This document shows, one piece after another, positions 1 to 11,100 of a stretch of DNA of 64,000 nt. The stretch covers positions 1-64,000 of the forward strand of contig JWZX01003318.1 of the NCBI GenBank assembly GCA_001275005.1, read 5' to 3'. A program made the translations under genes and the position numbers. The stretch comes from Chrysochromulina tobinii (lineage: Eukaryota). Below the pieces are notes generated by a model. The model worked only from the letters and a program-made list of their open reading frames with translations. It made no database searches and was not told where the DNA came from. Position 1 is the first letter of the stretch. Every line of letters starts with the position of its first letter.

Positions 1-90
1 ATGAATGCACACGCATGCATACGAATGCACATGAATGCGTATGGGAAAAAACAACACCACTTTCGGGAAAAAACAACACTCCACCCCCTG
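1..90. mobile_element. Probable end of a DNA transposon (hAT-like terminus CAGGGGGTGG on minus strand) nested in the retrotransposon pol ORF
   Basis: Abrupt drop in GC left of nt 90. GGGAAAAAACAACAC occurs twice (43-57, 65-79) and GAATGC repeats are present. The CAGGGG-type start resembles hAT TIRs. The other end is not in the window. Confidence 0.35.
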
Positions 91-3000
91 CGTCGATTCG
101 AGCTTGCGCGGTGGCGGCGGCGCGCTCTGCCCGTCGTGCGTCTGCCGCGCGCGACTCTCGTTGGCTCTGCCACCATTGCGTCGGGTTATGCCCTGCGGGG
201 AGCCCAAGGGCGAGGGCGGCCTTGCGGCTCGCTGCGGCGGTGGCCCAGCCGGTTGCGCAGCCGTGTCGTGTCTCCCGGGTCGCGCTTGTAGCTTCCGCGC
301 GCGTTTGCCGTTCGATTTCAATCATCCAGGTTCTGCACATGCTCTCCGTGCAACGAGTCTCGCACATGCGTTCCGTATATCCCGCCGCGAAACCGATCGA
401 GGGGAACATGTGTGGCCTGCGCAGGCACCTGCATGCGGCCTGTACTGCGACGACGATGAGGTGCGCGCTGTTAGGGGGTCGACGGTCGAGTGTGGCGCCC
501 GCACATTCGGCGACCGCGCGCGCTTGGACCGCTATGGCCCACTCAGTTGCCTCGGTTGTGCCGAGGCAGTTCGCCTTTTCATGTTCCCCGATGCGCAGCA
601 TCTCGTCGAGCACGATGAGGAGCTCGAGCATCGGGAGGTGAGCAATCGGCATGTCGCCGGACATGCTGAGGTTGTGCGTCCCGAGGGACGTGTCGTGCGT
701 TGCGAGCCCGTGGTCCGCCTCGGACGTGTTGTCGAGGACGTCCTGCATGAACGCGAGCGCCTCGGCGGGGATGGGAACTTCACGCAGTCGGATGCCCATC
801 GCGGCCGCCAGCGCATACATCACCGTCATCTTGTCGCGCGATCCCGCGTCCGAGAGCGCGTTGGCCCAACCCTTGCAGTGCAAGAGCCACGCGCGTCGCG
901 TCGCCTCCCGGAATGCGCCGATCTCTTCGGCGCGCCGCCGTATGTAGATGAGGTTCTCGGTCATGGCGAGCGCTTGCGCGGAGGCGAGGGACGCCGTGGC
1001 ATCGCTCTCGACGAGCAGCTCGTCGTGCGGGAAGTATCGGGCGAAGATGGTGAGGGCGAGGACGGTGCCGCACGTCTCGGTGATCGTGATGTGCCGCCGC
1101 TGCCACGCGCCGTCGAGGGGGAATCGAAAGAAGAGCCCGTTGCAGACGCCGCAGATGTATGGGTGGTCGACGTCAGAGCATGCGTCGCTGGTGATGCGGG
1201 GCGCGAAGATGATCGCCTCGAAGCCGGCGCCGTCCTCGGCGCCACCGAGGCGCGCGGCTTCGTCGACGCCGCTCCAGAAGCTGGCGGCGTGTCTCGTCTG
1301 CAGAAGCTCGATGATCCTGCGATGCTGCGCGCGCACGCGGTCGCTCAGCGTCGCCCGCTGCTCGGGGGAGCCCGGGAGCTTGAGGGGCGCGGAGAGCCCT
1401 TTGAGCGTGCCCATGGGGAAATCGAGCCATTCGTGCACGTGAACCAGGAAGGAGTTGTGAGACTCGAGCTGCTCGCGAGTGAGGCGGCCGCCGATGGCCG
1501 CCTCCGAATCGGCGATGGCGCGTGCGCGCTTGGAGGGCGAGATGCATCCAAAGCCGCCGTTGAGCACGAGCCTGCCGCCGATGTAGTCTAAGACCGTGCC
1601 CGCGCATGCCTTCTCGGAGAGCCAATAGTTGCACTCGCGGCAGGCCGTGCGCCAAATTCGCGCGCCGGCGGCGAGCAGCTCGGGGCCTACGAATTCGAGC
1701 TTATAGTCGTCGGTGTAGCCGCTCGTGTCGAAGGGCCGCGCTTGTCGCGGGCCGAGCGTGGCCGCTCGCTCGGCGAGGAGCGCTCGCAGCTCAGGGGTCT
1801 GCTTGGGCAGCCACGTGTCGCGCACGTATACGTCAAGGAGCTGGGAGAAGCCCTCGAGGATGCGGTCGGTGAACCGCTGCGCGATCTTGCTCGAGTTGCG
1901 CGAGCCCATGTTCATGCACGTGGCCACGATGAGAGTGAACCAGTGCTCGACGATGACATTGCCGTTCTCGTCGAGGATGGGCTCGCCGGTCTCGTCCATG
2001 AGTGGGAACGGAATCACGGTCGCGAAGCTGCACGTGCGCTCCTCCTCGGGGGCCATCTCGAACTGGAAGAACATGTGTCGTCCGTCGTCCTTGAAGCCCG
2101 CCTTGTACGTCTTATTGACGTGCGCCATGTGGCTCAGGATCGCTCCGTTGCGGTACGAGTGACGCGGTCGCGGCTTGCTTTCCGTGTCGGGCATCGGGTA
2201 GCGCGTCGGGTCGATTGGGTGGCCTCTCGGCGTTGAGCCGGGCGTGGGGCCCATCATGTCGTTCAGGCTGACGACGAGTGGCCCGTCCGGCGTACCGTGA
2301 GGCTGATTGCGCTCGCGCAGCGCTTGTTCGGGGTGCGGGCAGCCCTGATCCCCCACGATCCGCTTCTCGTGCGGGTTGTCGGGCTTGTCGGTGCCGCCCG
2401 TGCCGACGACGTACACCGGGATGGTGATGAAAGGGCCCGGGCCGTCGGGGTCGATCATCTCGTTGACGCGCCGCAGCTTCTTGAATTTGTAGTACAAACC
2501 CTTCTTGAGGAGCTTTGCGAACGCGTCGCCCACGCCTCGCACGCGTTCGTCGAGCCGCTCGAGGTTCGCCGCGATGCGTATTTGCATTGGCGCCTGGACG
2601 CCCCAGCGCACGCCGTCCATCACGAGTGACATGAGCTGCTGGTCGTCGTGGTCGCCGAGGAGCTGCCGGAGCATGTTGAGCACCCAGTGGGTGCGCCCGG
2701 GACGTGCGAAGTCTAGCGCGTCGTATAGGCCCGTCTGCGCGTCGAGCTCCCACACGATCGAGAGGGCGTTGTATGAGCCGATGCCGTCGGCGTGTGGGAT
2801 CATGGAGCCGCCGCCCGGGCCGATGCAGAGGTACCCCGGTCGTCTGCGCGCAGAGGCGCCGGCCGTTAGGCACTCGAAGTCTCGGTCGGCAGTCTGATTG
2901 AGGGCGGCGCAGCATGCGCGTCGCGCCCATGGGCGCAGGATTTCGGTCCACCGACGGGGTTTGAAGCCCGGCGGGACCTGTTGCGGGGGGAGGCGGACAA

Positions 3001-4918
3001 GCCAGCTCGTACTGAGCTGCAGCGGCCTCTCCACGAAGGGCAACGAGCGAAGCGAGTCGCTCGAGAAGTCGGGCAGCCCGTTCACCGGGAACGGGATCTC
3101 CATCCGATAGTCTGCCGCCGTCATCACCTTGTCGGCCATGGCGACAAGTTCGCCGGTGCCTGGGTCGGCCGCGACGAGGAGCGCGCGGATCTCGGCTCCT
3201 CTTGCGGCCTCGAGCGTGAAGAAGGCCGCCCGCTGTCGCTCGAGCTCATCGGGCGCGAGGAGCGGGGGTCCGGTCGACGCCAGGGTGTGGGCGGTGCGCG
3301 CGCGGACCATGGGGCGTGAGGACGCCCACGTGCCGGCGTTCTGCGAGCCGTGTGCGCCGACGGTGGTCAGCGCCGCGATGCGCAGGAAAGCCGCTCCGAC
3401 GGGGAAGTGTGCGATGTGCCCGTCGAGCGCGTCGAGGGTGCACCATGCCGCTCTGTGCCCGGATGCGGCGGCCTCTGCCCGTTGCGTCGTCGAAGTGAGG
3501 ACGCATGCGGGGGGCGTTGCCCAGGGGACCAGAACGACCACGTCCGGCTGTCCGAAGCATTTGACGGTAGCTGCGTAGACGGTTTCGAGGCCCTGGGAGA
3601 TGTTCGTGGCGAGCTCGGCGCTCTGCGCCGCCGCCTCGCGGTGCGCGTCTCGCACCGCGCCGAACAGCTCTTGTGGCTCCTGTAGCGAGATCATGGCGCA
3701 CGAGCCCACCGTTGGGTGATGTGCGATCGGGATCATCAGGAGTGCAGCGTCGCGTGTCGCGAGGTGCAACCAGCCGATTGCTACCGTTGGCGTCGCCCCA
3801 CCGGGGTTGTCCAACAGCACGTGCGGCGGTATTGGAGCGATGTTGAGGGCGCTCCCGTTCTTCTCGCCGGGCTGTCGATCGGCGTTGCCGCGCGACCCGG
3901 TGGCGAGGAAGACCCCTGCTGCGGCGGCGACCGTTGGCTCTTCAGCCGAACGTGCGGGGGGCCGTTTTGGGGTTCCTTCGGCGTTCTCGGCGCCGGCTTG
4001 TTGGCGGCGCGCTTGCCGCGTCCTCGTCGACCCTGCGACGTCGCCGGCGGGGGGGCTCTGCGCGGACCAGTCGTGCGCGCGCCCCGCTGCGATGCGTGCC
4101 GCCGTCGCGGCGGCCGCGCTCATGGCGATCTCGGACTTCGTGGGCGGCGTGAATCTTTCGATACGCCGCCGTTTGCGCACCTCGTCTGCGTCGGGCGTGG
4201 CCGACGCTGCGTGCGGTGCCTGCGGGTTGCGCGCGGCGTCCTCCGCGACGTCGCCTGCCGCCCTTTCGGGGGGTGGCGACGTATGCGGTGGCATCGGGGC
4301 GATGTTGAGGGCGCCCCCGTTCTTCTCGCCGGGTTGTCGAGCGGCGTCGGCGCTCGACCCGGTGGCGAGGAAATCCCCTGCTGCGGCGGCGACCGTTGGC
4401 TCTTCAGCCGAACGTGCGGGGGGCCGTTTTGGGGTTATCCCGGCGCTCTCGGCGCCGATTTGAAGGTGGCGTTTTGGCCGCGTCCGCGTCGACTCTGCGA
4501 CGTCGCCACCTGGGGGGCACTGTGCGGACCAGTCGCGCGCGCGCCCCGCTGCGACGCGTGCCGCCGTCGCGGCGGCCGCGCCCGTGGCGGTTTTGGGCTG
4601 TGTCGGCGGCGTGAATCTGTCGATACGCCGCCGCTTGCGCGCCTCGTCGTCGTCGGGCGTGGCCGACGTTGTCTGAGGCGCCGTAGGGACGTTCGCGGTG
4701 GTGCCGCGGACGTCGTCGGGTTGGTCGACGGCGTCACGCTCATCGATGACGTCAAGCTGATCGACGTCGACGGTCGTGTCGTCATCGGTCGCGGTGCCGT
4801 GGCCAGAAAGCGCCGGCGCGGCGGGAGAGGCGCTTGGCTCGCCGCGGGCGGGGGATCTGGTCTTACGCCGCACTAGCGCGGCTGCCGCTGAAAACCCCGG
4901 CCGCCGCCTTTGCCGCCG
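91..4918 (-). CDS. Pol-like polyprotein: reverse transcriptase + RNase H (frame stays open past nt 1; absent from the ORF track)
   Basis: My translation of the minus frame after the TAA at 4919-4921 shows no stop. RT motifs: GFKDDGRHMFFQF (~2060-2100), CMNMGSRNSSKIAQRF (~1870-1920), GYTDD (YTDD at 1706-1717). RNase H motifs: ITSDAC (~1180-1195), HITITE, VESDAT, HCKGWANALSDAGSR (~837-881). Confidence 0.87.
3822..4715. repeat. Diverged in-frame tandem duplication, period 462 bp (154 aa), in the pol N-terminal region
   Basis: TGTTGAGGGC at 3841 and 4303. The peptide blocks RKRRRI(D/E)RFTPPT and TPKRPPARSAEEPTVAAAAG each occur twice. Confidence 0.92.
4860..4897 (-). promoter_or_regulatory. Candidate -1 programmed ribosomal frameshift signal (G_GGU_UUU plus downstream hairpin)
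   Basis: The heptamer at 4897-4891 is in correct X_XXY_YYZ phase within the 46-nt gag/pol overlap. An 8-nt spacer is followed by the stem-loop GCCGC-GCUAGU-GCGGC. Confidence 0.72.
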
Positions 4919-7381
4919 TTACGCCCGCCGCCCTTGCCCTTGCCTTTGCCTGCGCCCTTGCCTTTGCCCCTTCCTTGCCGCTGGCCGTCGTCTTCGCGCT
5001 CGCGCTTGCCGTTAGCGTTGCGTCCGCCGCCCCCTCGATTGGGGGCCGGCGCAACGATCGTGACGGTCATGGCGTTCCAGTCGAGCGGCGGCTGTACGGT
5101 GCCGATGGATTTGGCCTTGCATACGTCTTTGGGGAAGTCGGGGTGCCGCTCGTGCGCTGATTCGCCTCCGCGTTCCCAGCAGAGACCGGGGGTGGGGCAC
5201 CATGAGTGCGTGGAGCCGGCGGGGGCGAAAGCGGGCGGGGCAGTGGGCTTTGAGGTCGGGTGCGGTATCGAAATCGGTGATGCAACTGCCCCATACGATG
5301 CGCTTACCGTCGGCGCTCGTGTAGATGCCGAGTTTGGTGGCGAGGGAGCCCCAGGCCGGTTCCGTCTTATGTTCCGCCCCAAACTCCGACTTCTTGTCCG
5401 GTTTAGCGGGCGAGTCGCCGCCGCTGCGCACGTTGTTGGCCGAGTCCTTGGCGTGCCCGTGCATGCCATCTTCCAGCTCCTGTTGGATGCGCGCGATGTG
5501 CTCGTCGAGCGCGTTGATCGCGTTGAGTGCGTGCCCGTCCGTTACGAAGGTGCCGATGCGCTTGACTGCCGTTGGCGGGGTGGCGAGCATGCACTCCCAC
5601 CGGGCCTGTGGGCAGCGCAGGAGCTTGGGGACCGTATCGAGCAGCCTCTTGCGCAGCCCTGCTTTTGGTAGGCACGTGTCGGGCATGTTTTCGATGGCCG
5701 CCGCCATGCGCATGAGCATGCGCCACATCGCGCTGAACGAGTGCTCGTCAGTGGATGCGAAGCCGATCAGCGCCATGACGGCGCGCACCGGGGCTTCGAG
5801 GAGGCGCAGGGCCTCAGCGTCCGCGAACACGTCGGTGTTCGGGGCGCTGGCGAGGCGCTTGTCGATCTCGTCGACCTTGGTCTTTCCATCGCGCTTGAGA
5901 ACGACCTTCTTGAGGGCGTTCCACCAGTGGATCTCTGCGAACTTGCCGGCGAGGATCGTTTTACCGAGGTCGTCGGGGAGGAGGTTCGTCCAGTCGTCGC
6001 GAGCCTCGCCCTTGGCGTTGCGTGCGACGGCTTTGTTGAAGACGGCCTGAATGGACGACGTCGTCTTTGCGCCGGCGCGCTCCTTGTAGAACGTGCCGTC
6101 GGTTGTCTTCATCAGCCCGTTGAGGAACAGGATGCCCCAGGCCCCATCAGCGCCCATGGCGGTCGCGCAGATGCCGACGTAGTCGTCCGGGCGGTGCTTC
6201 TCGACCGCCGCTTTAAAGGCCTGGTACGGCCTGTGGGCCTGCAGCACCGCCTTGTTGTCCGCGGTGTCCTCCTTGTCGTCGTTCGCGTGCTTGTGCGCGT
6301 GGATGATCTGCGCGGTGCGCTCCTCGTTGGTGTCGGCGGTGGCGAAGGCCGCGTAGTCCTTCATCGCGATGGTGAGGGCGTTCAGGCTCTGCGGGGTGAT
6401 ATGGCCGTCGGCGACGCCGAGGCTGATCATGAGGCCCGCCGTGTCACGGAGGATGTCGTTGACGCTGTATGGCCAGAGCTCGGCGAGGGGCGGGCAGTAC
6501 TCGCGCCAGGCGATGACGAAGATTGGCGCGAAGCGCGTTTGTTCGTCTTTGCCAGCACGTCGCTCGATCTCGAGGTACTTGTTGTGGATGTACAGCGCCA
6601 TGTCGTGCGGGGGGCACGATCTCTTGAACCATTGCGCCGCTGCCGCGGCCTGTGCGATGGGGGGGAGCGCGCTGACATCGCGACCGACCGAACCGATGAT
6701 TTGCGCGATCGCGCTCTTGAATTCCTCGGTGCCGCGTCCGTCCTTGGTGTATCCGTTGGGGATGACCGAGTTGAACTGTGCGACCACGTGCATGTCGCCG
6801 CCGCCCGAGGAGAGCAGGTTGGGCGTGATCTTGTCGAACCACGTGCCCGTTCCGGCGTCCTTTGGGTCCGAGTCGTACAGGAGGTCGGCCGTCGTGACCA
6901 GGCGCTGGTCGTCCGGCAACTTGCGCATGGCCGCCGTGATGGCCAGCGTCGCCTTGGGGAAGGCGACCGCTTCTTCGCCTGTGATTGGCTCCCAGACCAT
7001 GCCGCTGGCGTCGAGGTCTTTGACGAACTTGGCCAGGCGGTTGGGCGTGAGAGAGAAGTGCATGCCCTGGTTGAAGACGGTCCCGTCCATGAGGCAGCCG
7101 CCGATGAACATGGCGAACAAGTCGTCGATGGCGATGCCGACGGCGGGCGCGTAGTCGACGAAGTCGAGTGCGTCCGGGATGAACTTGGCCAGGACGTGGT
7201 CTGTTGCGACGATCATCGTGGCGTCGTCGGTGATAGCTTTGACTTTGCCAGCGGGGGTCGTTGGTGCCGGCGTGCCGACGTATGCGAACGCGAAGCGCGC
7301 GTCGACGGTCGTGGTCGGCGCGGGCGCCGGTGCAGGTGCTGGTGCTGGTGCAGGTGCTGCGGCGCGACGACGTGGTGGCAT
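4873..7381 (-). CDS. Gag-like ORF1 with C-terminal Cys/His cluster and G/K/R-rich tail (1-nt frameshift at 5228-5230)
   Basis: ATG at 7381 (MPPRRRAAAPAPAP...). Removing one T at ~5229 joins HCPARF to APAGSTHSWCPTPGLCWERGGESAH...GKGKGGGRGFQRQPR*. Lies directly upstream of pol. Confidence 0.7.
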
Positions 7382-8100
7382 TTTGTTAGCTGACGCGATT
7401 GATTGACTGAGGCGAGAGACGCTGGGCTGACTCCATCGAAAGGGCGGATGAGTCTGATTTTCTGGTCTTCGGTGGCTCTGGTTTCGTCGGCTCTTGAAAC
7501 GGTAAGCGCGAGCGCGGCTTACCGTTACTCCGAACGCGCGAGACATAGCCGCTGGGGGGGGGTCCCGGCAGTCCTGTTAATGTGACCAGAGTGACCTGAG
7601 AGTAGCCCGTTGGGTAGCCTTAGTCGTTTCTCGCCTCCCTCTTCCCTCTCATAACCGCGTTAAGTACTTAACTTTGATTGAGGAATCTCGAACGCTCTCT
7701 TTCCTCAGCGCCATTCATCATTAACATTAAACAACGTTATTCAATGAGGAAGAATGATACATAACGCTTCCTCAACGTTCGAACTCCGATAGAAAGTTTA
7801 AGTTAGCTCCTCTAAGCAGGGGTCCAGCGCTCGCGGTGAGCGCTGTTCGTGAAAGCTGAAACCGTACACGGGAGGCAGGCAGCAGCAGCAGAAGTATAGC
7901 GTTAGTGGACATATGTACGTTGCACGGATGTACCGGGCCCAGTGCGTTGAGTTCACCCTACGCGATACTGTAACGCGGTGCGAGGTCCCCCCGTACAGTC
8001 TTGCAACAAAAGTACAAAACGTCGCTCGTCGGCGTCTCGCTCCTAGCCGCCGAGACCTTATTTGGTTTCGAACCGGCGCGTCTCAGGGCCGGCTTCAGGA

Positions 8101-11100
8101 CTACAAATTAATGTGCGGTCTCGCTGGCGAGCGTGGGATTGCCTTCTCCCCCTTCTGGTGCTTAGCCTCTTCGCTGCGCCTCTTCGCTGCAAAGCTGCCG
8201 GGCGCGGTTACTTTCACCGCGGTGCCCGGCCTCACGAGCCGCTCGTGCATGTGCGCGAGCTCGAAGCCACCATCAAAGTGCTCGACGCCCAGGACGTGCT
8301 GCTGGTCCACGTAGTCGACGCCCGCCTTGCTGGCCGCCTCCTGGTCGATAAAGTCGTACCCGATCATGAGCGTGTGGGCGGGGTCGACCTGATGGTGTTT
8401 CATCGCTGCCAGCAGCATGTCTGGGTGCGGCTTGCACCATGACTCGGTCCACTCGCCCTCGCGCGGTGCCGCCCATCGCAACGCCAGCTCCCGCGCATCA
8501 GCGTCCTTGCTTGTGTCCGTCGCCACGTGATGCAGGGTGCCGCCCAGTACGACGCCCAGCGCGGAGCCGGCCGACGTCACGTTGCCGCCCGTGCCGTGTG
8601 CACCGTCGCCAATAACGGTCGCACAGCCGTCGCCAATCGCGCTCACACTGCCGCCGCCGCCGCCCATCACGCTTCCGCTTCCGTCGCCAGGTGCTCCTCT
8701 ACCGTCGCCATGAGCACTCGCGCTGCCGCCGATGGCGTTCACACCGCCGATGGCGTTCACACCGCCGATGGCGTTCACACCTGGTGCTCGATAAGAGATC
8801 CACAAGGATACGCGCTGCTCGAGCAGCTCGGGCTTCACCCCAAGCTCCGACGCAAGCCGACGCAGCACCTTGGCCATGACGAGACGCACCTTGGCCTCGT
8901 TGACAAAATCGGGCTCGCCCGGCCGCCGCTTGCTCGTGAGGTGGCCGAAGTTGGTGACGAAGGCGAGCTGCGGCGCATCCGGTCGGAGCTCGGCCGTGTG
9001 TGGCACGGCGCCATAGGCTGACGTTGGATCATAGCTGTCGCCATCCTCAGGCAGCCGGAGCATGAGGGCGCGAAAAAAGGGGACGCAGGCCGCGTAGAAG
9101 GCGTCGTGGCGGGCCGCGCCGTACATGGAGCGGCGACGCTTGCTCTGAGCGGCCTGCGCATCGTCCACCACGCTCACATTGCACTGCTTCTTGAGCACCC
9201 CTTCGGGCTCGATCAGCAGCAGACGCACCGGCTGGCGCAGAAGCTTGGGTGCCGCCCGCGGACGCGTGCTGCTCCTCGCCTCGACGTGGGCACCGTCGCG
9301 GGCGTCGTCGTGGGCACCATCCTCGCCACTGCCGCGCGCGTCGACGGGCTCACGCATCCAGCTGGCCCCACCGACAGCGCGCTGGCTGCGCGACTCGTGC
9401 GCGCGCCGCCACAAGCTGACAGGTCGACCAGGCAGCTGTTCGCCCGGTTCACCGTTTAGACCCTCCGGTATGGCGATCAACGCGCCGAGTTGGGCTCGCA
9501 GCGCAGCGCCGCCACTCGCGCGCAGCGCCTCGAGCGCCGCCGGTCCCTTGCACGTGAGGAGAGCACTGCTCAGGTCGGCGTTCACAAGCACGAGGGCAGG
9601 CAGCTCGAAGGCTGGCTTGATGCCGAGCTCAAGCGCGAGAAGATCGGCATGCAGCGGTGTGCGATCGAGCGGTGCGCCCGTGTACTGATCGACCGTACAG
9701 CCCGCGAGCTCGCTTGGTTGCAGGCACAGTATGCCCCAGCACGCCGCCTGCACTTCGTCTCGGCACGCGGCCACGAGCAGCAGCAGTGCGTCGTTGAGCG
9801 CCGCTCGGGCGCCCCCGCCGCCGTCGGTAGCGGCCAGGAAGCAAACGAGCACCGCCCGCGGGCCGCGCCGGTCCACCCACAGAGTCGACTTGCGCTCGGC
9901 AAGTGGGCCGTCGTAACGGCGGTCAAAGTCGTCCACGAAGCAGCGGGCAGAGGAGTTTGGCGACGGCCGCGGCGAGAGCACCTCATACGCCGTCAGGATC
10001 GGGTCGCCGTACTGCTTCTCCTCTCCTTCGCCATACGAATAGTCCGCATGGCGCACCGCCCGGAGCTCCGTGCCCACAGGGTACGGGTCCCACTTGGATG
10101 CCGTCGAGTTGAGCAACTCATCCTTTCGCCCTTCCCGACGCTTCAGGTGGCGCGAGCGCTTTCGCGACTCTGAGCCCGGCTGCGGCGGAGTCTCGTACGG
10201 TCGCACGTCGCCGTCCGCGGTGACACGAAGCGTGACGAGCTTGCTCAACTTGCTTAGCTCGACCTCGAACAGAGTGGGCAGCTCGAGCGTCGACTCCGTG
10301 CCCACCACCACGCCGTCGCTGCCGCCATGCCCAACGACGCCGTGGCCGCCGACGCCTTGGCCGAGTATGCGCTTCAACACGCGCCATCTGCTGCGCACAA
10401 GCTCAGCGCCGTCCTGAGCCTGCGCGGCCGGTGTGTGAGCGGTGCGTCCCGTGCTGTACGAGCCGAGCCCGCGCAGGATGGAGAGGTACCGGTTGGTCGA
10501 GAATGGTTTCGTCTCCGTCGGGTCGTACCGAATCGCAGGGCTTCGCCAGGGCAGCGCGAAGCGCCGCGGCGTACGCGGGATGATGAGTACTCCAATCTCG
10601 TAGGACATGATCACGAACTCCTCCTCCTCGACGTCCTCGTCGCTGCTCGCCCCGTCGCTGCCCTCACCGCTCCCATGCACCTTCTCGTGCTTGCCCCAGG
10701 CGGCGCCCGATAAGTTATGCGAGCCGGCGTACACCCACGCGCACAGCGGGGCGCGCGCGCTGCCTTCGCCCTCGGCCGGCACAAGCGCGAGTCTCGAACC
10801 GCCGGGCGCCTCGCTCACGATGCCCGCTGCCATCTTGACGTGGTGAAGCGTCTGCGCGCGCTCAGCCGACTGGACAATGTTGTGTGCGAGGCAGTGCTTC
10901 AGTTGGGCGCAGTTTGGCGTCGCTAGGGCCGGTCATGGTGTTCTTGCCACCGCCGATGGTGAGTAGCCCCGTGCCGCGCGCAAACGCAGGCAACGTCTCG
11001 TTGAGAGACGGCCACACGAGCTTCACGTGCGGCTCGTGTGGCCGGCTGTGGTGCTCGGCGATGGGCGCGAGGCCCTCTTTGAAGGCCGCCGCGCGCGCAC

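Larger units (their letters stand above)
91..7860 (-). mobile_element. DIRS/Ngaro-like (tyrosine-recombinase class) retrotransposon, 5' part
   Basis: Intronless gag-like ORF overlaps an RT-RNase H ORF in the -1 frame, with no protease or DDE integrase motifs seen. RNase H is DIRS-type. An AT-richer, hairpin-rich leader lies at 7400-7860. The YR gene is not in the window and the outer boundary is approximate. Confidence 0.78.

Noticed and set aside
35..7393. Long plus-strand ORFs (35-1591, 3716-4876, 5741-7393) and similar ones elsewhere, e.g. 34353-36314
   Set aside because: Antisense shadows of GC3-biased coding on the opposite strand; no recognisable motifs.
7400..7860. Hammerhead or HDV ribozyme in the retroelement leader
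   Set aside because: CUGA and GAAA strings exist, but I could not build a correctly ordered core with flanking stems.
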